Below are positions 1 to 11,100 of a stretch of DNA of 64,000 bases, piece by piece. This DNA comes from Candidatus Poribacteria bacterium. Its GTDB lineage: Bacteria; Poribacteria; WGA-4E; WGA-3G. The stretch's first letter is position 1; each line of letters opens with the position of its first letter. The stretch is taken from positions 1,504,001-1,568,000 of the forward strand of contig CBDANF010000003.1 of NCBI GenBank assembly GCA_965197475.1. The letters are read 5' to 3'. Under the pieces are notes generated by a model. It was given only the letters and a program-made list of their open reading frames with translations. It did not search any database and had not been told where the DNA came from. The position numbers and the translations under genes were made by a program.

Positions 1-45
1 ATTATGTTTGAGATCACTCCATTTTGTTAGAAGTTTACCATGGGT

Positions 46-70
46 GGAAGGGTGTTGTTTTCACCCTTCC
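46..70 (-). terminator. Hairpin, probable original terminator of the 3475-aa gene, now separated from it by the DUF1670 element
   Basis: GGAAGGGTG-ttgtttt-CACCCTTCC inverted repeat; resembles the hairpin region (tggaagcgtgttatcttcatcttc, ~12591-12614) downstream of the paralogous 1082-aa gene. Confidence 0.5.
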
Positions 71-98
71 GGTTGTATAGATACAATTTACTTATAGT

Positions 99-127
99 TT
101 GTATCAAATGACCCCATGAGTTATACT
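99..127 (+). promoter_or_regulatory. sigma70-like promoter spanning the left junction of the element
   Basis: TTGTAT (99-104), 17 nt, TATACT (122-127); the TT of the -35 box comes from flanking DNA. Confidence 0.45.
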
Positions 128-194
128 ATTAGTATTCGTTAAACTAACGAGTAGATGTCCTCGGATCCCCGATAATCTATTCATGGAGGTCAAT

Positions 195-995
195 ATGAAC
201 CGCAAGAAGGATACCGCTTACGGTATCACTCGGCTCGAATCCAAGAATGCCAGAGCCGCGATTATTCAGAAGATTTCAGCAGACTTTAATCTAATGCCTC
301 TCGTTGCTGAAGCCTACTATAAACAGATTTCCACCTACTTTGAACAACACGCCGATGTGCACCTGACATCAGGGCAAATCTGCTACGAGGCAGTCGCCGC
401 AGAGGAACCCGCAGGTAAACATATCGCTTTAGCGAAAAAAGTTTCCTGTCGGCTAACTCTCAATGACACAAACGCCGATCTTGAAGTCTTAGCGAATTAT
501 GGTCTCGCAGGACTCAGACGGCATCGGATCCTCCGATTGACCCAAGAAGCTTATGACCAAGATGCCTTACTGAGCTACGAGGATTTAGCTGTATTATTAA
601 CCACCAGTCCTGCTACAGTCAAACGCGACATTCGACACTTGAAGCAGGATGGGTATTTCGTTATGACGCGCGGGACGAAACACGACATGGGCCCCGGCAC
701 TTCTCATAAAACCCAGGTCCTGGAGTTATATTTCAAAGCCTATACCTTCACCGAAATCGAGAAAAAGACGAACCACAGCGAACGAGCTGTCTACCGCTAC
801 TTGAAAGACTTTACACAAGTCGCTACGCTCCATCATCAAGGCTTTCCTAACGCACAGATACGCCTGATCACCCATCTATCTGACCGGTTGATCCGCGAGT
901 ATCTCTCACTCTATGAGGAATACCAACACACAGATCGCATAACCCAACTCCTTCACCCAGAACCTGAGGACACAAAAAAGGGGGACCTCTCATGA
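195..995 (+). CDS. DUF1670 domain-containing protein (copy A)
   Basis: Motifs RLTQEAYDQDALLSYEDLA..L..S..TVKRDI, TRGTKHDMGPGTSHK and HSERAVYRYLKDF are typical of DUF1670 (two HTH-like segments); GGAGG RBS precedes the ATG at 195. Confidence 0.8.
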   Translation: MNRKKDTAYGITRLESKNARAAIIQKISADFNLMPLVAEAYYKQISTYFEQHADVHLTSGQICYEAVAAEEPAGKHIALAKKVSCRLTLNDTNADLEVLANYGLAGLRRHRILRLTQEAYDQDALLSYEDLAVLLTTSPATVKRDIRHLKQDGYFVMTRGTKHDMGPGTSHKTQVLELYFKAYTFTEIEKKTNHSERAVYRYLKDFTQVATLHHQGFPNAQIRLITHLSDRLIREYLSLYEEYQHTDRITQLLHPEPEDTKKGDLS

Positions 996-1876
996 GCAAA
1001 CCTCTAACCCGCACGCAAATCAACGAGAAGAAATTCAGACGCATCAACGATAAGTCCCTACGACAGTTGCTCATTCACCGCTTTCTCAATGACTATGGTT
1101 ATGACAAAGGCGAAGTCACTGCCACCGCCATTGTTGATGATATTCTTAAGACCGTTGAAGACTATTTCGTGATTACCCTTCCTTTGGAGAAACTCGCCAC
1201 CGGCGATCAACTCCCGGATGAGCGTTTCTTGAGTTATGGACAACTCGTTTGGATGGCCGTCCCTATTGAAGAGCATCCAGAAAGAGGAAAGTCCATCGTC
1301 AAAACCCGCATGAAACCCGTCATCCTGACTTACCTCGCCGCAGAGGATATTGAATCCTTTCGCAACGGTTTCACCTCCCGGCAATTGCGGATCAATCGCT
1401 TGGTCCGCTGGTGTCATCAAGCTTATGACCAAGGGGCATTATTGACACAACTCGACTTGGCAGTTTTGCTCAATGTCTGCGATGCCGTTGTCTGTGATTA
1501 TGTTAATGAATGGCAAAAAACCACTGGAGAACTCTTGCCCACCCGTGGCAATATCCATGACTTATCGGGGGCTATTACCCATAAGAAAGAGATCATAACC
1601 CTCTATCTTCAAGGACATCTCACCCCCAGGATTGCCGCAAAGACCAAACACTCTAAGGAGGCAGTTGACCGATACATTCGCGATTATGAGAGCGTCAAAG
1701 TCGTTCGGAAAGCAACCGCAGATATTGATAAAATCTCACAGATTACACGACTTTCTAAACGCGTCATCTCTCAATATCTCGACCTCATACCGCAGCACCA
1801 ACTCCAAGCCATAGATGCAGACCTTGCCAATTCAGACTCAAACGATGAAGCCACTCACCAAGGAGAAGCCCAATGA
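992..1876 (+). CDS. DUF1670 domain-containing protein (copy B)
   Basis: RWCHQAYDQGALLTQLDLA, PTRGNIHDLSGAITHK and HSKEAVDRYIRDY; ATGA overlap with copy A suggests translational coupling. Confidence 0.8.
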   Translation: MSKPLTRTQINEKKFRRINDKSLRQLLIHRFLNDYGYDKGEVTATAIVDDILKTVEDYFVITLPLEKLATGDQLPDERFLSYGQLVWMAVPIEEHPERGKSIVKTRMKPVILTYLAAEDIESFRNGFTSRQLRINRLVRWCHQAYDQGALLTQLDLAVLLNVCDAVVCDYVNEWQKTTGELLPTRGNIHDLSGAITHKKEIITLYLQGHLTPRIAAKTKHSKEAVDRYIRDYESVKVVRKATADIDKISQITRLSKRVISQYLDLIPQHQLQAIDADLANSDSNDEATHQGEAQ

Positions 1877-1943
1877 GACCCTAATCCTATGTTCCCGACG
1901 AACTTTACTTCGCAAAACCGGGGCAGGTGCCTTGAAAATATGG

Positions 1944-1972
1944 TTGACAACCGCTACTGGTTTTGCTATACT
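1944..1972 (+). promoter_or_regulatory. Near-consensus sigma70 promoter in the 3' non-coding end of the element
   Basis: TTGACA (1944-1949), 17 nt, TATACT (1967-1972). Confidence 0.75.
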
Positions 1973-1978
1973 TTAGAC

Positions 1979-2104
1979 ACGTTTATCGCTAAACGCATCA
2001 TTTCTCAAAGAGGATGCTCGCGATCCCAACGCAACCCACTCATCAACGATCGCTGGGAAGCCAATAAACATCAGCCTTCCAGCTATCCTATGGTCATTTG
2101 ATAC
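1979..2104 (+). ncRNA. Candidate structured ncRNA of the DUF1670 element
   Basis: Starts just after the promoter; four consecutive stems: CGTTTA/TAAACG, GCATC/GATGC, GCGATC/GATCGC (22-nt loop), GCTGGGAAGC/GCCTTCCAGC (12-nt loop). Confidence 0.4.
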
Positions 2105-5100
2105 TATTTTCGTATTAACATTTTGCGTGTAGCAGTGAAATCGCCAGCAGTGAACATATAGAAGTAGACACCACTTGCCACCTTTTCACCGATGTTGTTT
2201 CTGCCATCCCAATGCGCAGCACGGCTGCGAGCCTGATACAGGCCTGCACGCTGATGTCCTAAGTCTAATGTACGCACTACATGTCCCTTGATGTCGTATA
2301 TTGTCAACGTGACATCGGCAGGTTTTGACAACTGATACGGTATCCACGTCTCTGGGTTAAACGGGTTGGGGTAGTTTGCTGCAAGCGCGTTCTCTCGACT
2401 CGCAGTAACCGTTACTTGCGCGGTAAGTGCTGGTCCGTTGTATTCTGCGATAGCGTCTGCGCCAACGGTTATGGTCAACGTGCCATCTGTAGTGAGATTT
2501 CCGTCAAAGGTCAATTCAATGGTGATCTCCGTGTCGCTTTGTCGGTCTATGTCAAAGGTGCCTACGGTAACACCCGATATACCGGTAACAGATACGGCAT
2601 CACTAATGACAAAGATAGACCTTTCAAATTTCCTGCCGCTGAGTGTGAGTGTAATGACGCTCCCATCCAGTGCAGCCTCAGTCAAAGGTGCAGCAGTTGA
2701 GGCAGACACTGATTCTGAAACAGCAGCGACAGATATTTGTGTCGTGAGTGCTGGTCCGTTGTATCCTGCGATAGCGTCTGCGCCAACGGTTATGGTCAAC
2801 GTGCCATCTGTAGTGAGATTTCCGTCAAAGGTCAATTCAATGGTGATCTCCGTGTCGCTTTGTCGGTCTATGTCAAAGGTGCCTACGGTAACACCCGATA
2901 TACCGGTAACAGATACGGCATCACTAATGACAAAGATAGACCTTTCAAATTTCCTGCCGCTGAGCGTGAGTGTAATGACGCTCCCATCCAGTGCAGCCTC
3001 AGTCAAAGGTGCAGCAGTTGAGGCTGCCACCGATTCTGAAACGGCAGCGACAGATATTTGTGTCGTGAGTGCTGGTCCGTTGTATCCCGCGATAGCTTCC
3101 GCTTCAACGGTGATAGTAAGCGTTGCATTGGTATCAAAGTTAGTGCCGTCAAATTCAAGTTTTATAGTAGCTTCCGTATCGCTTTCTTTGTCAGGGTCGT
3201 GCCAAGGGATTGTTACGCCAGCAATACCAGAAACAGATACCGCATTTCTAATGTCAATAGAACTTGCGTATTTCCTACCACTCAGTGTGAGTGTGACGAC
3301 ACTTCCGTGTAGGGTCGCCTCTGTCAAAGGTTCAGTAGTTGAGGCAGACACAGACTCCGTGTTAGCAGTGACCGGTATTTGTGCTATGAGATTGTCTCCA
3401 TCATAATCTTTAATTGCCGCTGCTCCTACAGATACCGTGAGTGTGTCATCAACAGTTAGATTGCCTTCATATTCAAGTTCAATCGTAACTTGTGTATCAC
3501 CGACACGAGTCACACCAAAGGTGTCAACGGTTACCCCTGTTATTCCGGATAGTGTGATTGCATTTCTGATTGTAACACTGGAACGATCAAAAACACCATT
3601 AACAAGTTTTAGAGTAATGACACTTCCATGCAATGTTGCTTCTGTAAGTGAAGCACCTTTGGATACGGTTAAGGTAGGGGTTGCGCCAACAGATTGTGGT
3701 TCGCTTTCGTCCTCATCATCTTCAACCACTTCAACTTCTTCAAGCTCCTCACTCTCTTTGATCTCTTCTTTTGGCGTTACTTCTTTTATCTGCCACGTAT
3801 TACCATCTATTCGCTCAGCAACAAAATTATGCTTCACGCCATTGATCGTACCCTTACTTTGAATGATCGTATTCTTACCTTGAGCGATTTGAAATAAACC
3901 ACCACCTACATGTGATGCAGAACCGTTTTCACGAACTGTAAATGTGCTATTTGTGCCGGGGTCAATACAACTGTCGCCTGGTTCCAACAGGTCTCCCACC
4001 GCACAGTAGTTTTGATCAGAAACATCCGTTTCTGAAACATCTGTTATGTTGATGGTGATATCAATACTATCAGTACCTCCGTTCCCATCCGAAACAGAGA
4101 CCGTAACAGAATAAGATGACTTCGTTTCATAATCCAATGCTGCGTTTGTCTGCAGTTGCCCAGTGGAAGTATCAATGCTAAACGCAGCCGCGTCCGTGCC
4201 AGTAAGGCTATATGTAAGTGTATCCTCACTATCCGCATCGGTTGCAGCGACAGCAGTCCCTATATTTTCACCCGCAGCAGTGTTCTCGGCAATGGAGCGT
4301 GTGGTGCTGTCGCCATCACTAAATACAGGGGCATTGTTTAAGGTTGCATCATCAGGTTGTGTATTACTCCTGTTATCTGCAATCTCCTTGATTTCCCAAG
4401 AATTTCCATCAACCTTTGTAGCGACGAAGCGGTATTCCTTATTATCTACCGTTGCGGAGATACTCATTGAATCATCATTAGAAACTTGGTTTATCCAGCT
4501 GAGCAACCATGGTAAGTTCGGAATATTCCATTTCGACCTCCCATCTTCTGACACTGAGAAAACAGCCTCAGAATCGGGATAGGTGCAGCTTTGTCCTGGT
4601 GTAAGAATGTCTCCTACCTGACACACGTTAGTTGTTGTATCAGTTCCAACCGATTCTGTTTCCGCTACATCAGTGATATTGATGGTGATCTCTATCGTAT
4701 CAGTGCCGCCTCTGGCATCAGAGACAGTGATGATGACAGAAAAGGATGACTGAGTCTCATAATCCAAAGCAGCCATTGTTTGCAGTTGCCCCGTAGCAGT
4801 ATCAATACTAAACGCTGCAGCATCCGTGCCACTAAGGCTATATGTAAGTGTGTCTCCGCTATCGGCATCAGCTGCAGAAACTGGTGTGCCGATGTTTTGC
4901 CCCGATTCAGTGTTTTCGGCGACAGAACGTGTCGTGCTGCTACCATCCGTGAAAACTGGTGCTGTGTTTGTAACGACAGCATCGAATACTGCCAGAGGTA
5001 GTTCTGCAGATTTGACAAACGCATATCCACTGTGGTTATGAGGTAATTCCGGTAATGTGTCAATATCCACAAGCACAGCATCCGTTGTTCCAGTAGTTCG

Positions 5101-8100
5101 ACTTACTGTAAAGACTTCACTCTCTACACTACCTGCAGAAATCGTAATATTCGTTGTACCACCGCTGATGCTCCCATCGGTAACGCTGATCAGCAGCACA
5201 ATATCAAACGGCGCGCCCGTGGGTGCTACTGCCTTAAACTGTCCATCTGCTACCTTTTCCAGTGAAACGTTAATAGGAAATGGGTCAACTGTGTTACCAC
5301 CCAAGCTGACCAAACTCAGCCTATTTAAACCTTTAAAGATGCCATCCGGCAGCGCACTCAAATCGTTGTTAGCCAACGAGAGTTCACTTAGTGATGTAAG
5401 TCTGTCAAAGATGCCAGCAGGCAACGTGGTAAAAGCATTGTTACCCAAGTGGAGCGTCGTCAGTGCGGTGATATCATCAAAGATGCCAGCAGGCAACGTG
5501 GTCAACTCGTTGGCATACAAGTAGAGGCTGTCGAGTGCGGTGAGACCATCAAAGATGTCAGCCGGCAAAGTGGTAAAAGAGTTGGCATACAAGGCGAGGC
5601 TGTCGAGTGCGGTGAGACCATCAAAGATGTCAGCCGGCAAAGTGGTAAAAGAGTTGTTACTCAAGTAGAGCGTCGTCAGTGTGGTGAGACCATCAAAGAT
5701 GTCAGCCGGCAACGTCGTCAACTCGTTGTCCCTCAAGTAGAGGTTGTCAAGTGCGGTGAGACCATCAAAGATGTCAGCCGGCAAAGTGGTCAACTCGTTG
5801 TCCCATAATCTGATCGTTGTCAGCGCGGTGAGACCGTCAAAATCACCGGATTTTAGGGCTGTGATGCCTTTGTTACTTAAGTTGAGTACCGTAATAGCGG
5901 CGAGGTGTGCTTCAGTCACATCCGCTGCATTATTTACGCCCGGCACTGCCTCCACAATCGCATCGCGCACCTGCGGCGTGCGGTTCCCTAACAAAGAACG
6001 GATTTCTGGTAATGGGTAGCTTAATGGTAAATCCGCAGATTTAACGAGTGTATACCCAGCGTGGTTTGATGGGAGGTTCGGTAATGTCCCGATATTTACG
6101 GTGACAGCCCCGGTGGTGTCAGGGGTTCGCGTCACTGTAAGCACTTCACTTTCCACACTACCTACGGAGATTGTGATAGTGCTTGCACCGCCTACAATGC
6201 TACCATTCGTTACGCTAATCGGTAACACAATAGTGAACGTCGCACCAGCGGGTGCAACTGCTTTGAACTGCCCATCTGCAACTTTTTCCAAAGAGATATT
6301 TAACGGTAGCGGATCAACTCCGATTTCACTTAATTGGAGTCCATTTAGTGAGGTAAGTCCGTCAAAAATTCCTGCGGGTAACGCAGTTAAAGCATTTCCG
6401 GTAAGGCCAATCCCTTGCAGTGCGGTAAGTCCCTCAAATACACCCGCTGGCAGTGTTGTCAATTGGTTGTGAGATAGGTCAATCTCTTGCAGTATGGTAA
6501 GTCCCTCAAATACACCCGCTGGCAGTGTTGTCAATTGGTTGTGAGATAGGTTAATCCCTTGCAGTGCGGTAAGTCCCTCAAATACACCCACTGGTAACGA
6601 GGTTATATTGTTACCAGGCATGTGGATACTTATAAGTTCAATGAGTCTGTCAAATACACCCAGTGGTAATGTGTTCAATTGGTTGTTTTCTATTGCAAGT
6701 TTTGTCAGTGAAGTAAGTCCGTCAAATATTCCCGCTGGCAGTGTGGTCAATGGGTTGCCAGATAGCCCGAGTGTTTCAAGTGCGGTGAGTCCGTTAAAAA
6801 TATCCGCTGGTAAGGATATTAATTCGCAGTCGAATATAGTGAGAGTATTAAGCGAAGTGAGACCGTCGAAATCACCGTGCTTTAGTGTAGTGATGTTCTG
6901 ATCAGATATATCCAACTCTTCAATAACAGTAAGGTGTGACTTCGTCACTTCCGCAGCAGAATTTACGTCCGGTATTGCATCCACAATAGCATTGACTACC
7001 TGTGGGGTGCGATGGCTGATCGGTGTGAATACTTCACCACCAAACTCGTTGAACACTAGTGGCAGATCATCGGATTTGACAAGTGTATAGCCAGAATGTT
7101 TTTCTGCTAACTGCGGTAATGTCTCAATATCCGCAGTAACTGCAAACGTTGTGCCGGGAATGCGGCTGACAGAGAAGATTTCGCTTTCCACATCTCCTAC
7201 TGGAATTGTAATATTTTCAACACCGACATCAATAACTCCATAAGCGATCCTGAGTGTGAGTTCAAGATCAAAAGGTGCACCAGAAGGAACAACTGCTTTA
7301 AACTGACCGTCACCAGCATGTTCAAGGCCGACACTAAGCGGCAGCGGGTCAACAGGATTACCTTTCAGATTGATAGTGGTGTCTGGGATAACTAAGTCAT
7401 CTGGTATTATGGAATCCTGTGAAATCACCTCACCTGTGATCAAATAGATGTAAAATGCTTTTATGGTAAAGTCATCTCTGTCATCAAAAATTCCTTTGAA
7501 GATACCTGTTGTCAATGAACGGAACTGGTTGTTCGCCAAATTAACGGCATTCAATGATGGAAGATTCTCAAATAGTCCTGCTGGTAACATCCTCAACTGA
7601 TTGTTACTCATATCTAATATTACCAATTTCGTGAGATTGTCAAAAATACCATCCGGTATTGAATTTAATTCGTTAGAGGATAGATTGAGCACGTTCAGGT
7701 TGGTGAACGTGTCAAAAATAGTGATTGGTAACGAGTTCAAATTGGTATTGGATATAAACAGGGTTCTCAGATTCGTGAGATATTGGAAGATGTTATCTGG
7801 CAATGTTGTGAATTCGTTGTTGTCTAACCCGAGTGCATCAAGGTTGGGCATGCCATCAAAATCACCGGGTTTTAGTTCTGTAATGTTCTTATTGGTCAGA
7901 TCCAGCACGGTAATAGCTGCGAGATGTACCTCAGTTATATCTGTAGCAGTATTGACACCCGGTACTGCGGCTACGATCGCATCTTGCACCTGTTGCGTTC
8001 GGTCAGTTACAGGTGTGTCACCGCTAAAGTCTGGTACTTGTGTCCCAGATATATCGTCTGGTAGAGTCAATACGATTAGGTTCGTCAGGTGGTCAAAATC

Positions 8101-11100
8101 GCTCCTTTGCACAGATATCAACGGGTTATTCGACAGATACAGGTGTGTCAGGTTGGTAAGATTGTGAAAGGGTCTGTCTGGCAGTGAATTCAACTGATTG
8201 CTGCTTAGGTTCAGTGTTGTCAGATGAGTAAGATTGTCAAAGAGCCCCTCTGGTAATGAACTCAACTGGTTGTTGTTTATGTAAAGTTCTTGCAGGTTGG
8301 TGTTATTGTCAAAAATGCCGACTGGTAAAGTGCTGATAACGTTGCTGCTTAGGTTCAGTGTTGTCAGATGAGTAAGATTGTCAAAGATCCTATCGGGTAT
8401 TGAACTCAACTTATTCCCATCCAAACGGATTTCTATGAGGTTATCCAGTCCGTCAAAATCACCGTATTTCAGTTCTGTAAGAGCCTGTGAATCACTAAAC
8501 CAATTGCCTCCAAGGTCTAAGTTAGACCCGCCAGAAGACGCATTTAGGGTGGTAATAGCTGTTAGATGTGCTTCCGTAACAAAGTGCCCCATATTATAAT
8601 TTTTCTTAGAATAAACACCATCAATTATGTATTCCCTCTCTACATTATGTAAAGTAGGATCTATCTCAGGTACTGATCCGATGATAGCATCAAGTATCTT
8701 TGGCGAACGTTCTGATACGGGTGTGGGGGCTCCAGGTAAGGCACTTATTACTGTTAGCGGTAATGATGATCTTAAGAATTCATGTACTATTCGACCGTCA
8801 GAGTTTGATAGACTCGGCAATGATACAATGTCTACAATAACTGCAGCAGTTGTGTTAGGAGTACGAGTCATTGTGAGAAGTCCACTTTCTGAATTACCTT
8901 TGGGTATCGTGATGCTGGTTGCACCACCATTGATACTACCATTTGCAAAGATAAGAGGTAGTTCCAAGTCAATCGGTGCAGGGGTTGGTAAAACAGCCTT
9001 AAATTGACCTTCACCAATCTTTTCCAATCCTATGGATAGAGGATAAGGCTTATTTTTGTGATTGAGATATAAAAGCGAGGTAAGGTTATCAAATATACCC
9101 GGTGGTAAGCTCGTTAGATAGTTGTTAAACAGGTGGAGCCTTTCAAGTGCTGTGAGGTTATCAAATATGCCAGCTGGTAATGTCGTTAGAAGGTTGTTAT
9201 GCAGGTGGAGGATTTCAAGTGCTGTGAGGTTATCAAATATGCCAGCTGGTAATGTCGTTAGAAGGTTGTTATGCAGGTGGAGGATTTCAAGTGCTGTGAG
9301 GTTATCAAATAATCCCTGTGGCAACGATGATAACGGGGTGTTATGCAGGTAGAGCACTTCCAACTCACTGAGGTTATCAAATATGCCAGCTGGTAATGTC
9401 GTTAGAAGGTTGTTATGCAGGTAAAGACCTTTAAGCGATGTGAGGTTATCAAATAAACCCTGTGGCAACGATGATAACTGGTTGTAAGACAGGGAGAGAC
9501 TTTCAAGTGCTGTGAGGTTATCAAATATACTCGGTGGCAACGATGATAACTGGTTGCCAGAACTGTAGAGAGACAGGTAGAGCCCTTCCAATGCGGTGAG
9601 GTCATCAAACAAACCCTGTGGCAACGATGATAACTGGTTGCCAGACAGGTCGAGCCTTTGAAGTGCTGTCAAACCACTGAAATCGCCGTGTTTTAGAGAT
9701 GTAATGTTTTGACGACGCAGATATAAATACGTAATTCCAGCAAGATGACTGGCGGTGATATCCGCAATACTCGAAACATTAAGATCATTTGATTTGACCG
9801 CGTTGAGAATCGCTTCTGCTACCTGCGGTGTCCGAACACCGAAAATATACTGGGATGCCGCCGTTGCAGTGAATGTAATCGTCTGCGAAACGTCTTGCAC
9901 ACTGACATCCACGGTGCTTATGCCTACTATATTGCCAAGCGTCAGTGTGCTTTCTGCTATACCGTCTGCATTGGTCGTGACGTTTATTGTGCTGAGTGTA
10001 CCACCCCCTGCTGTGACAGAAAACGTTACAGGCACACCTTCAAATGCTACATCGCTTGCATCCCGCACTTCCACAACAAACGGCTGTGCAAGCGTTGTGC
10101 CGATGTCCGCCTGCTGTGTATCCCCTGATATTTTCTCAACTGCTGTTACCGTGCGATTGTCAAAGTCTACAATAACATTTCTCACCTGCAGTGTAGGTAT
10201 GTGCGTATAGATAGATGGATAACTCAACAGATTACCCCGCGCATCTATCTCGTCATCCATCCCCAATTCTGTGTTTGCCACTAACGGTGATAGATCGGAT
10301 ACAGCGTTATTCTGAAAATATAACTTTCCCAGACTGGTCAAGTTTTGGACAGCGGATATATCCGATATGCTGTTGTTCGGCATATCTAACCACTCAAGAT
10401 TGATTAGGTTCTGAATAGACGATATACCTGATATTGTGTTATTGCCGATGACGAGTTCTGTTAGGTTCGTTAAGCCTGCAACCGCAGAAATATCCGTAAT
10501 AGTGTTTTCATTCAGATATAACTGTGTCAAATTTATCAGATTTGATACCGTTGATATATCTGTAATACTATTTTCATTGAGTCGCAGCTGCGTGAGATTT
10601 ATCAAACCTGATAAATGAGATATATCTGAAATACTGTTCCCCCATAAATATAGCTTAGATAAATTCGTTAAGCCTGATAGAGAGGAAAAGTTCGTGATAT
10701 TGTTATCCCACAGCTGCAACTCTGCGAGGTTCGTCAGTCCCGCAAGTGCAGATATATCCGAAACCGAGTTGTCGCCAAGAATGAGCGTTGTCAGATTGGT
10801 GGCTGTCTCAAGTCCTGTTAAGTTGTTGATACTGGCAGCTTGGGCATTCAACGTCGTGAGTGTTTCCATCTCTGTTTCTGAAATAGTGGCACCAGATGTT
10901 TTACCGAGCGCGGATTCTATTTTTGCACGTAGATTCGCATCGGGAATGTCTACGATAACCTCTGCAGGTGCGGTTACGGTGACACTGACGGCAATGGAGC
11001 AATTGTTATCAGTATTACTCTCACCGGTGACACTATCCACGCAGGCACCGTAATAGTAAGTGCCAGGGGTTGTTGGTGCAGTAACTGTAATATAGCGACG

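Larger units (their letters stand above)
101..2104 (+). mobile_element. Putative IS-like element carrying two DUF1670 genes, with 13-bp terminal inverted repeats
   Basis: GTATCAAATGACC (101-113) and its exact reverse complement GGTCATTTGATAC (2092-2104) enclose two overlapping paralogous ORFs; the right TIR supplies the last base of the neighbouring gene's TAG stop. Confidence 0.75.

Noticed and set aside
1889-2101. 70-aa ORF in the element's right end
   Set aside because: No RBS or recognisable motif; it overlaps the promoter, hairpins and TIR, which explain the region better.
95-2110. 6-bp target duplication TAGTTT/TATTTT for the DUF1670 element
   Set aside because: Only a 5/6 match in AT-rich DNA; not accepted as a TSD without other copies.
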